Source of the DNA: Oscillospiraceae bacterium
Lineage (GTDB): Bacteria; Bacillota; Clostridia; Oscillospirales; CAG-272
Length of the DNA: 45,617 bases
Direction of reading: 5' to 3'
Assembly (NCBI GenBank): GCA_015065365.1
Contig: SVQL01000003.1
Span: forward strand, 1 to 45,617
In this document: piece by piece, positions 26,398-35,857 of the stretch
How the letters are laid out: the number at the start of each line of letters is the position of its first letter
Position numbering within the stretch: the first letter of the stretch is position 1
The notes under the pieces: generated by a model
The model's input: the letters and a program-made list of their open reading frames with translations, nothing else
What the model was told of the DNA's origin: nothing
The model's database searches: none
Position numbers and translations under genes: made by a program

Positions 26398-27813
26398 ATG
26401 CCTAATATGTCACTAAAAAAGAATCCCATACCAACACAGGAGCCTGAGATTCGTGCGCATAATTTTGACGAAGTTGCAATGGGCTATTCCGAAGAAATTG
26501 CAATAGAAGAAGCAAATAGATGTTTAAATTGCAAGAATATGCCTTGTGTTAACGGTTGTCCTGTAAATATTCATATTCCCGAATTTATAGCCAAAATACG
26601 CGAAGGCAATTTTGAAGGTGCATATCAGATAATCAGTAAATCCTCAAGTCTTCCGGCTGTTTGCGGTCGCGTATGTCCTCAGGAAACGCAATGCGAAAGT
26701 AAGTGTGTACGTGGAATTAAAGGTGAGCCTGTTGGAATTGGCAGACTTGAAAGATTTGTTGCTGATTGGCACAACGCACATTCGGAGGAAAATATTCTAA
26801 TACCGTCTTTTAACGGCCATAAGATTGCAGTTGTCGGATCAGGACCATCCGGTCTTACCTGTGCGGGGGATCTTGCGAAAAAAGGCTACAAGGTAACTGT
26901 ATACGAGGCACTTCATGCTGCCGGGGGCGTCTTGGTTTATGGTATCCCCGAATTTAGACTTCCAAAGGCAATAGTTCAAAAAGAAATTGACAATCTTATA
27001 AAAATGGGAGTAGACATCCAAACCAATATTGTTATAGGAAAAACTCTTACTGTTGACGAGCTATTCGGTATGGGCAATGAGGCGGTATTTATTGGTTCAG
27101 GTGCAGGCCTTCCTAACTTTATGGGAATTCCCGGTGAATCCCTTAAAGGAGTTTATTCTGCAAACGAGTTTCTCACAAGATCCAACTTAATGAAAGCATA
27201 TAAATCTTTTCCGCAAACACCTATTATGAAGGGGGGCAGGGTTGCTGTCGTGGGCGGTGGAAACGTAGCAATGGATGCCGCAAGAACGGCGCTGCGCCTT
27301 GGTGCGGAAAAGGTATATATAGTTTATCGCCGATCCATGGAAGAGCTTCCAGCAAGGCGGGAGGAGGTCGATCACGCAATTGAGGAGGGAATTGAGTTTA
27401 GACTCTTAAATAATCCCATCGAGATTCTTGGATACGAAAATCCCAATGACAAGCGCGATCCTAAAAACGGATTTGTTAAGGGAATTAAGTGCGTAAAAAT
27501 GGAGCTTGGTGAGCCTGACGAAAAAGGGCGCAGACGCCCAATGGCGGTAACAAACAGCGAGTTTGTGATCGACGTTGATTGTGTAATAATGTCAATCGGA
27601 ACATCGCCCAATCCTCTAATCAAAATGACCACAGATGGTCTTGAGGTTAACAGCAGAGGGGGAATAATAGTTGAAGAAACAACCGGAGCGACGACTAAAG
27701 AGGGTGTTTATGCCGGTGGAGATGCTGTTACCGGTGCTGCTACAGTAATCTCTGCTATGGGCGCAGGAAAGCTTGCGGCAAAAGCAATTGATGAATATTT
27801 ATCAGATAAATAA
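26398..27813 (+). CDS. nfnB: Electron-bifurcating transhydrogenase large subunit (GltD-like)
   Basis: RCLNC..PC..GCP, CGRVCPQETQCE, GSGPSG, GGGNVAMDAAR, AGGD; adjacent to nfnA. Confidence 0.93.
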   Translation: MPNMSLKKNPIPTQEPEIRAHNFDEVAMGYSEEIAIEEANRCLNCKNMPCVNGCPVNIHIPEFIAKIREGNFEGAYQIISKSSSLPAVCGRVCPQETQCESKCVRGIKGEPVGIGRLERFVADWHNAHSEENILIPSFNGHKIAVVGSGPSGLTCAGDLAKKGYKVTVYEALHAAGGVLVYGIPEFRLPKAIVQKEIDNLIKMGVDIQTNIVIGKTLTVDELFGMGNEAVFIGSGAGLPNFMGIPGESLKGVYSANEFLTRSNLMKAYKSFPQTPIMKGGRVAVVGGGNVAMDAARTALRLGAEKVYIVYRRSMEELPARREEVDHAIEEGIEFRLLNNPIEILGYENPNDKRDPKNGFVKGIKCVKMELGEPDEKGRRRPMAVTNSEFVIDVDCVIMSIGTSPNPLIKMTTDGLEVNSRGGIIVEETTGATTKEGVYAGGDAVTGAATVISAMGAGKLAAKAIDEYLSDK

Positions 27814-27818
27814 CTTAA

Positions 27819-27866
27819 CAAAAAATCCGATTTTGCTATAATTTGATAGCAAAATCGGATTTTTTG
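27819..27866. terminator. Bidirectional terminator
   Basis: caaaaaatccgattttgctat/aatttg/atagcaaaatcggattttttg. Confidence 0.9.
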
Positions 27867-27872
27867 ATTATT

Positions 27873-28874
27873 TTACTCCGTATCCGCATCAGCAGTATCA
27901 GAAGCAATCTCACCGCTGTTTTCGGTAACATTATTGGGTTGATAAGAATCTATCATATATTTTTGAATTACGGGAAACGCAGCATAGGTCGCAATAAATC
28001 CAATCGTAGATACTATATACACGAAGGGAAGTACCAAGGGAATTGATATTCCATACGGTAAGAGTAGAATTATAAGGAATATGTGAATTGCTAAAAGCAA
28101 CGCAATTCCTATGAGAGCTACAACGTTTCGAAGAATTCCAAGAACTGAGAAAATAAGCGCGTTTTTTAGTATTTTCAAATTTTTGAGGTTGAAGGTAACA
28201 AGAAGATTGTATATATAAAATCTCATCATTATCCAGATAATAGAAAGTGCGAGAATCGCAATATACATGAAGTCAAATCCAAATGACCCCGTGAGATTAT
28301 AGAAATACATGAAGTCCACCACAAGAACGGCGCTACATATAAAATCTATAAGCCCAAGAAAAAATGCTTGTTTAAAATTCTTCTTTACTCCGTATACGTA
28401 ATCAGAAAATACAAACACGGGATCTCCTCTGAAAAGTCCGCGCAGAACGTATGCAGAGCCTACGTTTTGCCAGCCCCAAGTTATAGCCAAAATAATAAAC
28501 ATTGCTATAATTATTATGTTTACAACCGGACTAAATACAGGGATTTCCATCTGTATAAACGATAAATCCAGCATTGCAGAAGCGGACGGAGAATCAACAA
28601 TCGAGTTTATTCCATAAAGCGGCGCGTACAAAACATCCGGAGCTGTTGGGGTTTTTTCTCCAAGCAGGAAAATAAACAAGACAACAAGGAGCGGTACTAC
28701 CATAAGTAGCATTAAAAGATTTAGTTGCAAAAGCTGCGTAAATTTTCTAAATAGCAGTTTAAAGAAAAATATTAGATTGGGTTTTCTGCTTTCAGCCTCA
28801 TAAACACCCTTGCCATCGCGGTTCATATCGAACAGCTTAAATTTTTTTTTCTTGTTTTCGTTTGTTCTTTTCAA
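27873..28874 (-). CDS. YesL/DUF624-like membrane protein
   Basis: TTG after SD aagga; QLNLL, DYVYGVKKNFKQA and KNALIF patterns; multiple TMs. Confidence 0.75.
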   Translation of the reverse strand: MKRTNENKKKKFKLFDMNRDGKGVYEAESRKPNLIFFFKLLFRKFTQLLQLNLLMLLMVVPLLVVLFIFLLGEKTPTAPDVLYAPLYGINSIVDSPSASAMLDLSFIQMEIPVFSPVVNIIIIAMFIILAITWGWQNVGSAYVLRGLFRGDPVFVFSDYVYGVKKNFKQAFFLGLIDFICSAVLVVDFMYFYNLTGSFGFDFMYIAILALSIIWIMMRFYIYNLLVTFNLKNLKILKNALIFSVLGILRNVVALIGIALLLAIHIFLIILLLPYGISIPLVLPFVYIVSTIGFIATYAAFPVIQKYMIDSYQPNNVTENSGEIASDTADADTE

Positions 28875-28897
28875 TTTTTAACATCCTTTATTATTAA

Positions 28898-29497
28898 TTA
28901 TAAAACGTATATTAAAAGACAGTAAATTCCGTCAATTATAAGTGTAACGACAATAGTACTAAGCGTATATAAGATGATGCGGAATAAAGACTTATTATTT
29001 ATTGTGGTTCTTCTGTTTGCGCCTATTTTTCTAAATTCCAACGATTTGAATGCCGCCAAACAAGCATATAAAACAACAGCAAGCAACAACACTCCTTTGA
29101 ATATCCAAAACACAAGGGAATTACCGATTCCAAGCTGTTCAAATCCCGCCAGCTTTATAACTGCTGAATTTACTCCAAATCTGAATCCAAGGAAAAGTAT
29201 TACAATATCTGATATTACGTAGTTTATGAACGAAAAAGAAAACACGAACAGCACCAAGATACAAGCTATATCTACTAACGCTATCTGCGAAAAAATATCC
29301 CAAAAAGATACCTCGGGCGAAGATGCATTAAAGCTTATATAAAGCTTCGCCGTAAACCGCTGTATAGCAGTCGGTGTAAGCATATTTGAAAAGCAAATTC
29401 CACCAATTACGGACACTATAAGCATTACGGCAAATTGAAAAACAATTTTTGCTTTTTCAGTTTCCGTGCTGTTTTTTAAATAACTTCTAAACACCAA
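28898..29497 (-). CDS. Membrane protein, probable divergent SpoIIM
   Basis: 199 aa, about 5 TMs, IGGICF, FLGFRFG, IIDGIY end; SD ggaggt; sigE-like cataatt upstream. Confidence 0.5.
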   Translation of the reverse strand: MVFRSYLKNSTETEKAKIVFQFAVMLIVSVIGGICFSNMLTPTAIQRFTAKLYISFNASSPEVSFWDIFSQIALVDIACILVLFVFSFSFINYVISDIVILFLGFRFGVNSAVIKLAGFEQLGIGNSLVFWIFKGVLLLAVVLYACLAAFKSLEFRKIGANRRTTINNKSLFRIILYTLSTIVVTLIIDGIYCLLIYVL

Positions 29498-29555
29498 GCT
29501 TAAACCTCCGCATAAAATTATTTAATCAATAATTATGCGAAAGTTCTATAATATA

Positions 29556-30368
29556 TTACTTATTCTCACCTAACTCGTCTGCACGTTTTGTACATTCTAA
29601 CATTGCTTCAAGAATAATATTATCTATGTCAGCATTTTCAAGGCAAAGCAGAGCCTGCTCGGTGGTGCCGCCCTTTGAAGCAACCTTTGACACAAGCTGA
29701 TCAGGAGATTCACCAGATTGCTTAAGAAGTAATGCGGAGCCTATAAAAACGTCGCATATTGCTTCTACAAGCCCTTCCGAGGGTAACCCCTGCGCTTGTG
29801 CTCCTTTGTAAATGGCATTGATGAATTTAAAGACGTACGCCGGAGAGGACGAGGTGACTCCGATAATTCTGTTCATTTGGGACTCGTCGATAATCAAAAT
29901 GCTTCCGGTAGGTGTAAAGATAGAACAAATAAAGGAAAAATCTTCTTTCGTTATATCGTCGTTTCTGCAAATAACGGATACTCCGTGTCCCACAGTCATG
30001 GGGAGATTTGGGAGAACTCTTACGGTTCTGGCGTTTCCAAGTGCGCCCGAAACAAAGCTTACGGAAACACCCGCCGCAATGGTTATATACAGTTTTTGAG
30101 CATGTTCTTCCACTTTAGAGATTTCATTAAGAATATCAGACATATTCTGTGGCTTTACGGAAAGAAGAATGCAGTCAGCACTATTTACCGTATCATGAAT
30201 GGAGTTGGAAATTTTATATGGACACGTTTCTTCGGGAAGATTTGAATACTGCTCCGAATTTTTGTCAAACAGTATAATTTCCGATATGTCGATATCAGCC
30301 TTTTGAATACCGGATATTATTGCCTTTGCCATATTCCCAACACCGATTACACCTAATTTATACCCCAT
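29556..30368 (-). CDS. proC: Pyrroline-5-carboxylate reductase
   Basis: IGVGNMA, VKPQ, RVLPN, SSPAY, VASKGGTT. Confidence 0.96.
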   Translation of the reverse strand: MGYKLGVIGVGNMAKAIISGIQKADIDISEIILFDKNSEQYSNLPEETCPYKISNSIHDTVNSADCILLSVKPQNMSDILNEISKVEEHAQKLYITIAAGVSVSFVSGALGNARTVRVLPNLPMTVGHGVSVICRNDDITKEDFSFICSIFTPTGSILIIDESQMNRIIGVTSSSPAYVFKFINAIYKGAQAQGLPSEGLVEAICDVFIGSALLLKQSGESPDQLVSKVASKGGTTEQALLCLENADIDNIILEAMLECTKRADELGENK

Positions 30369-30447
30369 TTCAATTACTCCAAACAAATTATCAACATATT
30401 ATAACAGAAATATTTTAACAAATAGTAACGACTTATCTGTTATTTTA

Positions 30448-31221
30448 TTATTTTTTGTTATATCTTAAAATTTCAAATGCAAAAACTGCCGCTGAAGCAG
30501 ATGCAGACAGAGAGCCAAGAAATTCTGTGCCGTAATCAATTCTGACGATTTTATCTGCTTTTTCAAGAATCGCTCCAGATATACCGCGCTTTTCTCCGCC
30601 CAAAACTACTAAGAGCGGTGTTGATAGATCAGTGTCAAACAATGATTCAGAATTTCTTATTCCTGCGCAAATCACTTTATAGCCGCAAGACTTGAAGATA
30701 TTCACAGCATCAAGAGGGGAACACACATAGCAGGGAAGCAGCTCCGAAGTACCTGCAGAGGAGCGCGCAACCGTCCCCGCAACTCCCATCCAATTTCGTT
30801 CTCCCAAAACAATGCCGTCAGCACCCGAAGCATATATGGAGCGAACGGCATTGCCGAAATTATAAGGGTCCTCAATTCCTTCAAGAAAATAGTAAACACC
30901 GTTTGCCTTGACATCATCAGTGGATAGCCGAGGAATTTCACGCTCTGTACACATAGCAATAATACCGCCGTGAGTATTTCCTATACTCAAGTCGTTTATG
31001 TATTTCGCATCTTTAAATTCAATGCCAAAGCCAAGACTGTGAGATTTTGCAACTAAAAAAGAAATTTCACGCGACTTACTTATCCTTTTTTGAGCATCAA
31101 TAAACACAGTTAGTATTTTTCTGGTGCTAATTCCGCTTTCTATTGATTTAATCACCGCAGAGATGGAGGGAATACCTTCAAAAATATTTGTGTTTTCAAA
31201 TTTCAATTCTTCTTTTAACAT
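30448..31221 (-). CDS. TrmH/SpoU family RNA 2'-O-methyltransferase
   Basis: HGGI, EDPYNFG, GGEKRG, SLSAS. Confidence 0.92.
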   Translation of the reverse strand: MLKEELKFENTNIFEGIPSISAVIKSIESGISTRKILTVFIDAQKRISKSREISFLVAKSHSLGFGIEFKDAKYINDLSIGNTHGGIIAMCTEREIPRLSTDDVKANGVYYFLEGIEDPYNFGNAVRSIYASGADGIVLGERNWMGVAGTVARSSAGTSELLPCYVCSPLDAVNIFKSCGYKVICAGIRNSESLFDTDLSTPLLVVLGGEKRGISGAILEKADKIVRIDYGTEFLGSLSASASAAVFAFEILRYNKK

Positions 31222-31247
31222 TTTAATATTAATCCTTTTTTGGAGTT

Positions 31248-31275
31248 AATAAATAGCAGTTATCATTCATATACT
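31248..31275 (+). promoter_or_regulatory. Putative sigE promoter of spoIIID
   Basis: aataaat-N13-catatact; spoIIID is sigE-dependent in studied Firmicutes. Confidence 0.45.
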
Positions 31276-31307
31276 GTACAGAACAAATGAATGGAGATAG
31301 CTTTGAT

Positions 31308-31574
31308 ATGATGTATATTTCAGCCGGCAAAGAGCGTTGTGTAATACTCGCATCTTATCTTGTAGAAAATAATACAACCGTAAGAGGAGTCGCAGCGCAT
31401 TTTGGTATCAGCAAAAGTACGGTACATAAAGATATTACCCAAACGCTCAAGCGCGTAAACAAACCGCTTTATTATCAGGTAAAGCACATACTGGGTATTA
31501 ACAAACAAGAACGTCATATACGCGGGGGAGAGGCAACACGAAGGAAATATAAGCAGCTTAACAGTATTAATTAA
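31308..31574 (+). CDS. spoIIID: Sporulation transcription regulator SpoIIID
   Basis: TVR..A..FGISKSTVHKD, NKQERHIRGGEATRRKY; start uncertain (31287, 31308 or 31311). Confidence 0.96.
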   Translation: MMYISAGKERCVILASYLVENNTTVRGVAAHFGISKSTVHKDITQTLKRVNKPLYYQVKHILGINKQERHIRGGEATRRKYKQLNSIN

Positions 31575-31591
31575 CAGTATTCTTTTATAGA

Positions 31592-31627
31592 CTCAATTAT
31601 ACAAAATGCAAATTTTGTATAATTGAG
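31592..31627. repeat. Perfect 16-bp inverted repeat with GCAA loop
   Basis: ctcaattatacaaaat/gcaa/attttgtataattgag; no U-tract. Confidence 0.85.
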
Positions 31628-31683
31628 GGAATGGGAAATTAATATAAAAAGCCCCGTAATATCAAAGATTTACAAAATGTTTA

Positions 31684-31711
31684 TTGCTTTTTTCTATTAA
31701 TGTGCTATAAT
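31684..31711 (+). promoter_or_regulatory. Sigma-A promoter of the flavodoxin-fold gene
   Basis: TTGCTT-N16-TATAAT with extended TG. Confidence 0.6.
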
Positions 31712-31750
31712 AGATGTATAATAAAGACTTTTTGGAGGATTTTAACTGTT

Positions 31751-32182
31751 ATGGCACTTAAAATGAGATTTCTTTACTACTCAAACAAATCTAAAATGAA
31801 GACCATTGCCGAGTCTGTTAAGAATGAATTTGACCTTGCGGCGGCAAACGCTATTGATGTTATTCCGCCCGCATATTCATGCGAAAATGAGAGATTGGTA
31901 ATTCTCGCGGTTTCCGGCAAAGGTGAGCCCAATGACATACTGCGTCGCTTCTGCCTGGAGCTTAATAAAAAGAAGGCTCAGAATGTAGCATTGCTCGTAG
32001 ATGGTGACGAAAAATTGGGTGCTAAGCTTACCGAGGCCGTTAAGCAAACCGGTACAAACTTCATTGATGACGTTAAGTACATAAAGATCGGCGGATTACC
32101 TTTCTTTGGCGGAAAGCTTACTGATGACGAAAAAGCAGATATACTCGCGTGGGTTCACAATATAGTTAACAATATTCAATAA
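31751..32182 (+). CDS. Flavodoxin-fold protein with degenerate FMN-phosphate loop
   Basis: LYYS...K.IAE start, alternating beta/alpha pattern, C-terminal DDEK..I.AW helix; SD ggagga. Confidence 0.7.
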   Translation: MALKMRFLYYSNKSKMKTIAESVKNEFDLAAANAIDVIPPAYSCENERLVILAVSGKGEPNDILRRFCLELNKKKAQNVALLVDGDEKLGAKLTEAVKQTGTNFIDDVKYIKIGGLPFFGGKLTDDEKADILAWVHNIVNNIQ

Positions 32183-32190
32183 ATCTTCTG

Positions 32191-32216
32191 AAACCGCCTG
32201 TTTGGGCGGTTTTTTT
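32191..32216 (+). terminator. Terminator after the flavodoxin-fold gene
   Basis: aaaccgcct/gttt/gggcggttttttt. Confidence 0.85.
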
Positions 32217-32217
32217 G

Positions 32218-32247
32218 TTGATTATACAAAATTTTGATTATACAAAA
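32218..32247. repeat. 14-bp direct repeat ttgattatacaaaa x2
   Basis: Copies at 32218-32231 and 32234-32247. Confidence 0.85.
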
Positions 32248-32248
32248 C

Positions 32249-32914
32249 TTATTTAAATTGAGGTGTTACGGTTACAAGCGAGTCAATTTTTATATCACCT
32301 GAGTCTTTTGTCAATATTATATATTGCTTTTTTGAACCATTCAAAATGTCATTTCGGAACGTACCGTTATTCTTTAAAATCTTATATTCCAAACAGTACA
32401 TAGTTCCGTTTCCCGTTTTGTTTTCAGCTTGCGCATAGGTTATCGTTACGTCATAAACCTTTTGCTTGGTGAATTTTTCAACGGGCGCATTGCTACTATA
32501 ATATTTTTCACTGAATCTTGCATTGTATGACTCATAATCTCCATTGATTATATCATAAATCATGTCTACAAGAAAGACCACTTCCTCGCCCTTCTTGTTT
32601 ACGTTTTCTTCATTTATACCAACAATTCCCTCGTTATTCTGACCGTCGTATCTGATAAATTCTCCTGCGACAATATCACTGTAATCCTTGTCTGCATATA
32701 TATCCTCATCCCAAATCACCGGATAAAACTCATCGGGCGAAATGGTTTGTATACCTGAATTTTCTTCATTTACAGCCCCTTCAAAATAATCGATAACAAA
32801 AACTGCCGCAAACAGAACACACAAAGTGACAAGCACGCATACTAGAACTATAATGATGCGTTTCTTTGCGTTTTTTGACGAGCCGCTAAACCCGTTTCTC
32901 TCATTTTCGTTCAT
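32249..32914 (-). CDS. Hypothetical membrane-anchored protein with acidic extracytoplasmic domain
   Basis: SD aagggg; basic N-terminus plus one TM. Confidence 0.85.
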   Translation of the reverse strand: MNENERNGFSGSSKNAKKRIIIVLVCVLVTLCVLFAAVFVIDYFEGAVNEENSGIQTISPDEFYPVIWDEDIYADKDYSDIVAGEFIRYDGQNNEGIVGINEENVNKKGEEVVFLVDMIYDIINGDYESYNARFSEKYYSSNAPVEKFTKQKVYDVTITYAQAENKTGNGTMYCLEYKILKNNGTFRNDILNGSKKQYIILTKDSGDIKIDSLVTVTPQFK

Positions 32915-33026
32915 TATTTTCCCCTTAAAGCTAAGTTATGAGTATATATTATCATATTATCAAATTTTTTTCAACATTTAATGATTATTTTTATTTAAAT
33001 TTTTATTGAATAATTTAAGAAATTCA

Positions 33027-33055
33027 TTGTAAATATCGCGAATTTGTGGTATAAT
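33027..33055 (+). promoter_or_regulatory. Sigma-A promoter of the apgM...thrC run
   Basis: TTGTAA-N17-TATAAT with extended TG. Confidence 0.75.
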
Positions 33056-33087
33056 AAACTATATTTTTACATAAGAGGTGCTTACCT

Positions 33088-34302
33088 ATGAAATATTTGA
33101 TACTTATTCCTGACGGAATGGCCGATTATCCCGTAGAAGATCTTGGAAATCTTACGCCTATGCAGAAGGCAAATAAGCCTGCGATGGATTATCTCGCATC
33201 TAAATCTTTGGTTGGAACAGTTTCCAACGTTCCCGAAGGCATGGTTCCCGAAAGTGATACTGCGAACATGGCAATTCTCTCTTTTGATCCCAAGATTTAC
33301 TCTAAGGGGCGCTCCCCCCTTGAGGCTGTAAGTATGGGTATTGATATGAAGTCTGATGAAACTGCATACAGATGCAACGTTGTTACACTTACAGAAGATC
33401 AGGACAAGTATGAGGATAGAATAATTCTTGATCACAGTGCAGATGAAATTTCAACAGAAGAAGCAGATCAACTTATCAAAGCCCTTGAAAAAGAGCTTGG
33501 CAATGAAATGCGCAAGTTCTATACGGGTGTTAGCTACCGTCACTGCTTGATATGGAAGAATAGCGACGACAAATATAATTTTATGCGTCCTCACGATATT
33601 CTCGGAAAGCGCATCGGCGAGTATTTGCCACGCATCGAGGACGGTGGAGCTGAGTTCCTTGAGCTTATGAAAAAGTCTTACGATATTCTTAAGGATCATC
33701 CCGTAAACAAAGCAAGAAAGGCAAGAGGACTGAAGCCTGCAAACTCTGCTTGGCTCTGGAGTCCCGGTAAAAAGCCTCAGCTTCCCTCCTTTAAGGAAAA
33801 ATGGGGAATGAACGCAGCCGTTATTTCCGCAGTTGATCTTATTAAGGGTATTGGACTTTGCGCCCAAATGAATTCTATCGACGTTGAGGGCGCTACGGGC
33901 AACGTACATACCAATTACGATGGCAAGGCTCAGGCTGCTATTGATGCATTTAAGAATGGAGCAGAGCTTGTTTACGTTCACGTTGAGGGTCCGGATGAGT
34001 GCGGACATCGCGCTGAAATCGAAAACAAGGTAAAATCCATTGAGCTTATCGATCAAAAGATACTCGCTCCTGTCTATAAATATCTTTGCGAATCCGGCGA
34101 GGATTTTAAGATTATGGTATTACCCGATCATCCTACTCCAATTTGCAGAAGAACTCATACCATGGATCCTGTTCCCTTCTTTATCTACTCTTCAAATAGT
34201 TCGCTTGAGGGGTGTGATACGTTTAATGAATTCACCGCAAAGGATATGGGATATTACGTTGAAAACGGATATACATTGATGGAATTGCTTACAAAAAATT
34301 AA
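33088..34302 (+). CDS. apgM: Cofactor-independent phosphoglycerate mutase, ApgM type (family also proposed as homoserine kinase)
   Basis: PDGMAD, PESDTAN, GRSPLEA, HVEGPDECGH, LPDHPTP, RTH..DPVP. Confidence 0.92.
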   Translation: MKYLILIPDGMADYPVEDLGNLTPMQKANKPAMDYLASKSLVGTVSNVPEGMVPESDTANMAILSFDPKIYSKGRSPLEAVSMGIDMKSDETAYRCNVVTLTEDQDKYEDRIILDHSADEISTEEADQLIKALEKELGNEMRKFYTGVSYRHCLIWKNSDDKYNFMRPHDILGKRIGEYLPRIEDGGAEFLELMKKSYDILKDHPVNKARKARGLKPANSAWLWSPGKKPQLPSFKEKWGMNAAVISAVDLIKGIGLCAQMNSIDVEGATGNVHTNYDGKAQAAIDAFKNGAELVYVHVEGPDECGHRAEIENKVKSIELIDQKILAPVYKYLCESGEDFKIMVLPDHPTPICRRTHTMDPVPFFIYSSNSSLEGCDTFNEFTAKDMGYYVENGYTLMELLTKN

Positions 34303-34321
34303 ATTTAGCGAGGTGACGTTT

Positions 34322-34909
34322 ATGGATGAGCAAAACAAGAAAGATAAAATGCTTTCTGGCTTTATTGATTATGTAGAGCTCTTTGTTATTGCAATTTGTA
34401 TCGTTCTGATTATATTTTCGATGGCATTCCGCACCTGTACTGTTGACGGTGACTCGATGAATAACACCTTAAACAGTGGCGAGGTACTTATCGTTTCTGA
34501 TGCATTCTATATTCCAAAACGCGGTGATGTAATAGTATTCCATATGACTGACGATTCGGGCAATCCCAACGATAATAAGCCGCTCGTTAAGCGTGTTATT
34601 GGAGTTGGCGGAGATACCGTAGAAATCAACTATAACGGAAATCAATATATGACAGTGAAAATCACCGACAAAAATGGCAATGTTATGGAGATTCAAGAAG
34701 ATTATGTATATCTTGATCCTGACAGAAGACCTATTCTCGGAAATAACGACGGAATTTACAAAGTGCCCGAAGGACACGTGTTTGTTCTTGGCGACAACCG
34801 CAACAACTCTAAAGACAGCCGTATGATTGGATGCGTTGACGAGAGAAGCATTCTCGGCAAGGCAATTGTGCGTGTAGCACCTGTTTCTAAATTTGGATTT
34901 ATAGGTTAG
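34322..34909 (+). CDS. lepB: Signal peptidase I
   Basis: VDGDSM..TL, RGDVIVF, LVKRVIG, GDNRNNSKDSR. Confidence 0.97.
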   Translation: MDEQNKKDKMLSGFIDYVELFVIAICIVLIIFSMAFRTCTVDGDSMNNTLNSGEVLIVSDAFYIPKRGDVIVFHMTDDSGNPNDNKPLVKRVIGVGGDTVEINYNGNQYMTVKITDKNGNVMEIQEDYVYLDPDRRPILGNNDGIYKVPEGHVFVLGDNRNNSKDSRMIGCVDERSILGKAIVRVAPVSKFGFIG

Positions 34910-34954
34910 CCATAAGGGACTCGAATACATTGTATTATAGTTCCTTATGACTAA
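34906..34954 (+). other. Long imperfect intergenic hairpin without U-tract
   Basis: ttag-c-cataagggact..aatac / gtatt..agttccttatg-a-ctaa. Confidence 0.65.
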
Positions 34955-34983
34955 CGTAAAATAAAGGCAAAGGAGATTGTGTG

Positions 34984-35853
34984 ATGCCGTCACAGTTTAT
35001 TCAATGGTTTCCGGGTCACATGGCTAAAACCAGACGTCTGATAACCGAAAATTTAAAAAACGCAGATGCCGTAATAGAAATACTTGATGCGAGAATACCT
35101 TATAGCTCGCGAAATCCCGAAATATCCCGTATATGCGAAAACAAGCCTTCCCTGCTCTTGCTGAACAAATCTTCATTAGCAGATCCGCAGGTTACGGCAC
35201 TTTGGTCTGACAAATACACCAATGAGCATACAGTCTGCATTGAAACTGACTGCATAAGCGGATATGGAATATCCAAAATCGCTCCTGCTCTCAAGGAGCT
35301 TTGTAAGGAAAAGCTTGAACGTTATGAGAGCAAAGGAATGCACGGAAGACCTATTAAGGCGATGGTAGTCGGTATTCCTAACGTAGGAAAATCCTCGCTC
35401 ATAAATAAGCTTTGCGGAAGCAAAAAAGCAAAGGTCGAAAACCGTCCCGGTGTAACGCTGGACAAGCAATGGGTCACCACGAGCATTGGAATTCAACTGC
35501 TTGATATGCCCGGAGTGCTTTGGCCCAAATTTGATGAACGTAGAGTTGGGGAAAATCTTGCAATAACGGGAGCTATTAAGGACGACGTTCTTGATATTGA
35601 GGAGATAGCGGCAATTCTTTGCGGCAGACTTCGTGAAGTATATCCTGATTTGCTTATGCAAAGATACAAGCTTGAGGCGGTTCCCTCAAAAGAGGAGCTT
35701 AATGATTACGAGCTTTTAGAGCTTATTGGAAAAAAGCGTGGATTTTTAGTTTCAGGTGGTGAGATAAATACCGAGCGCACCGCCAATATGCTTGTTGACG
35801 AGTTCAGAGCAGCAAAAATCGGTAAAATATCATTGGACGTCTGTGAGGAGTAG
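34984..35853 (+). CDS. ylqF: Ribosome biogenesis GTPase RbgA/YlqF
   Basis: QWFPGHM, LDARIP.SSRNP, GIPNVGKSS, LLDMPG. Confidence 0.98.
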   Translation: MPSQFIQWFPGHMAKTRRLITENLKNADAVIEILDARIPYSSRNPEISRICENKPSLLLLNKSSLADPQVTALWSDKYTNEHTVCIETDCISGYGISKIAPALKELCKEKLERYESKGMHGRPIKAMVVGIPNVGKSSLINKLCGSKKAKVENRPGVTLDKQWVTTSIGIQLLDMPGVLWPKFDERRVGENLAITGAIKDDVLDIEEIAAILCGRLREVYPDLLMQRYKLEAVPSKEELNDYELLELIGKKRGFLVSGGEINTERTANMLVDEFRAAKIGKISLDVCEE

Positions 35854-35857
35854 TCTC

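Noticed and set aside
26398-27813. Glutamate synthase annotation
   Set aside because: No GltB large subunit; pairing with the nfnA-type gene indicates Nfn
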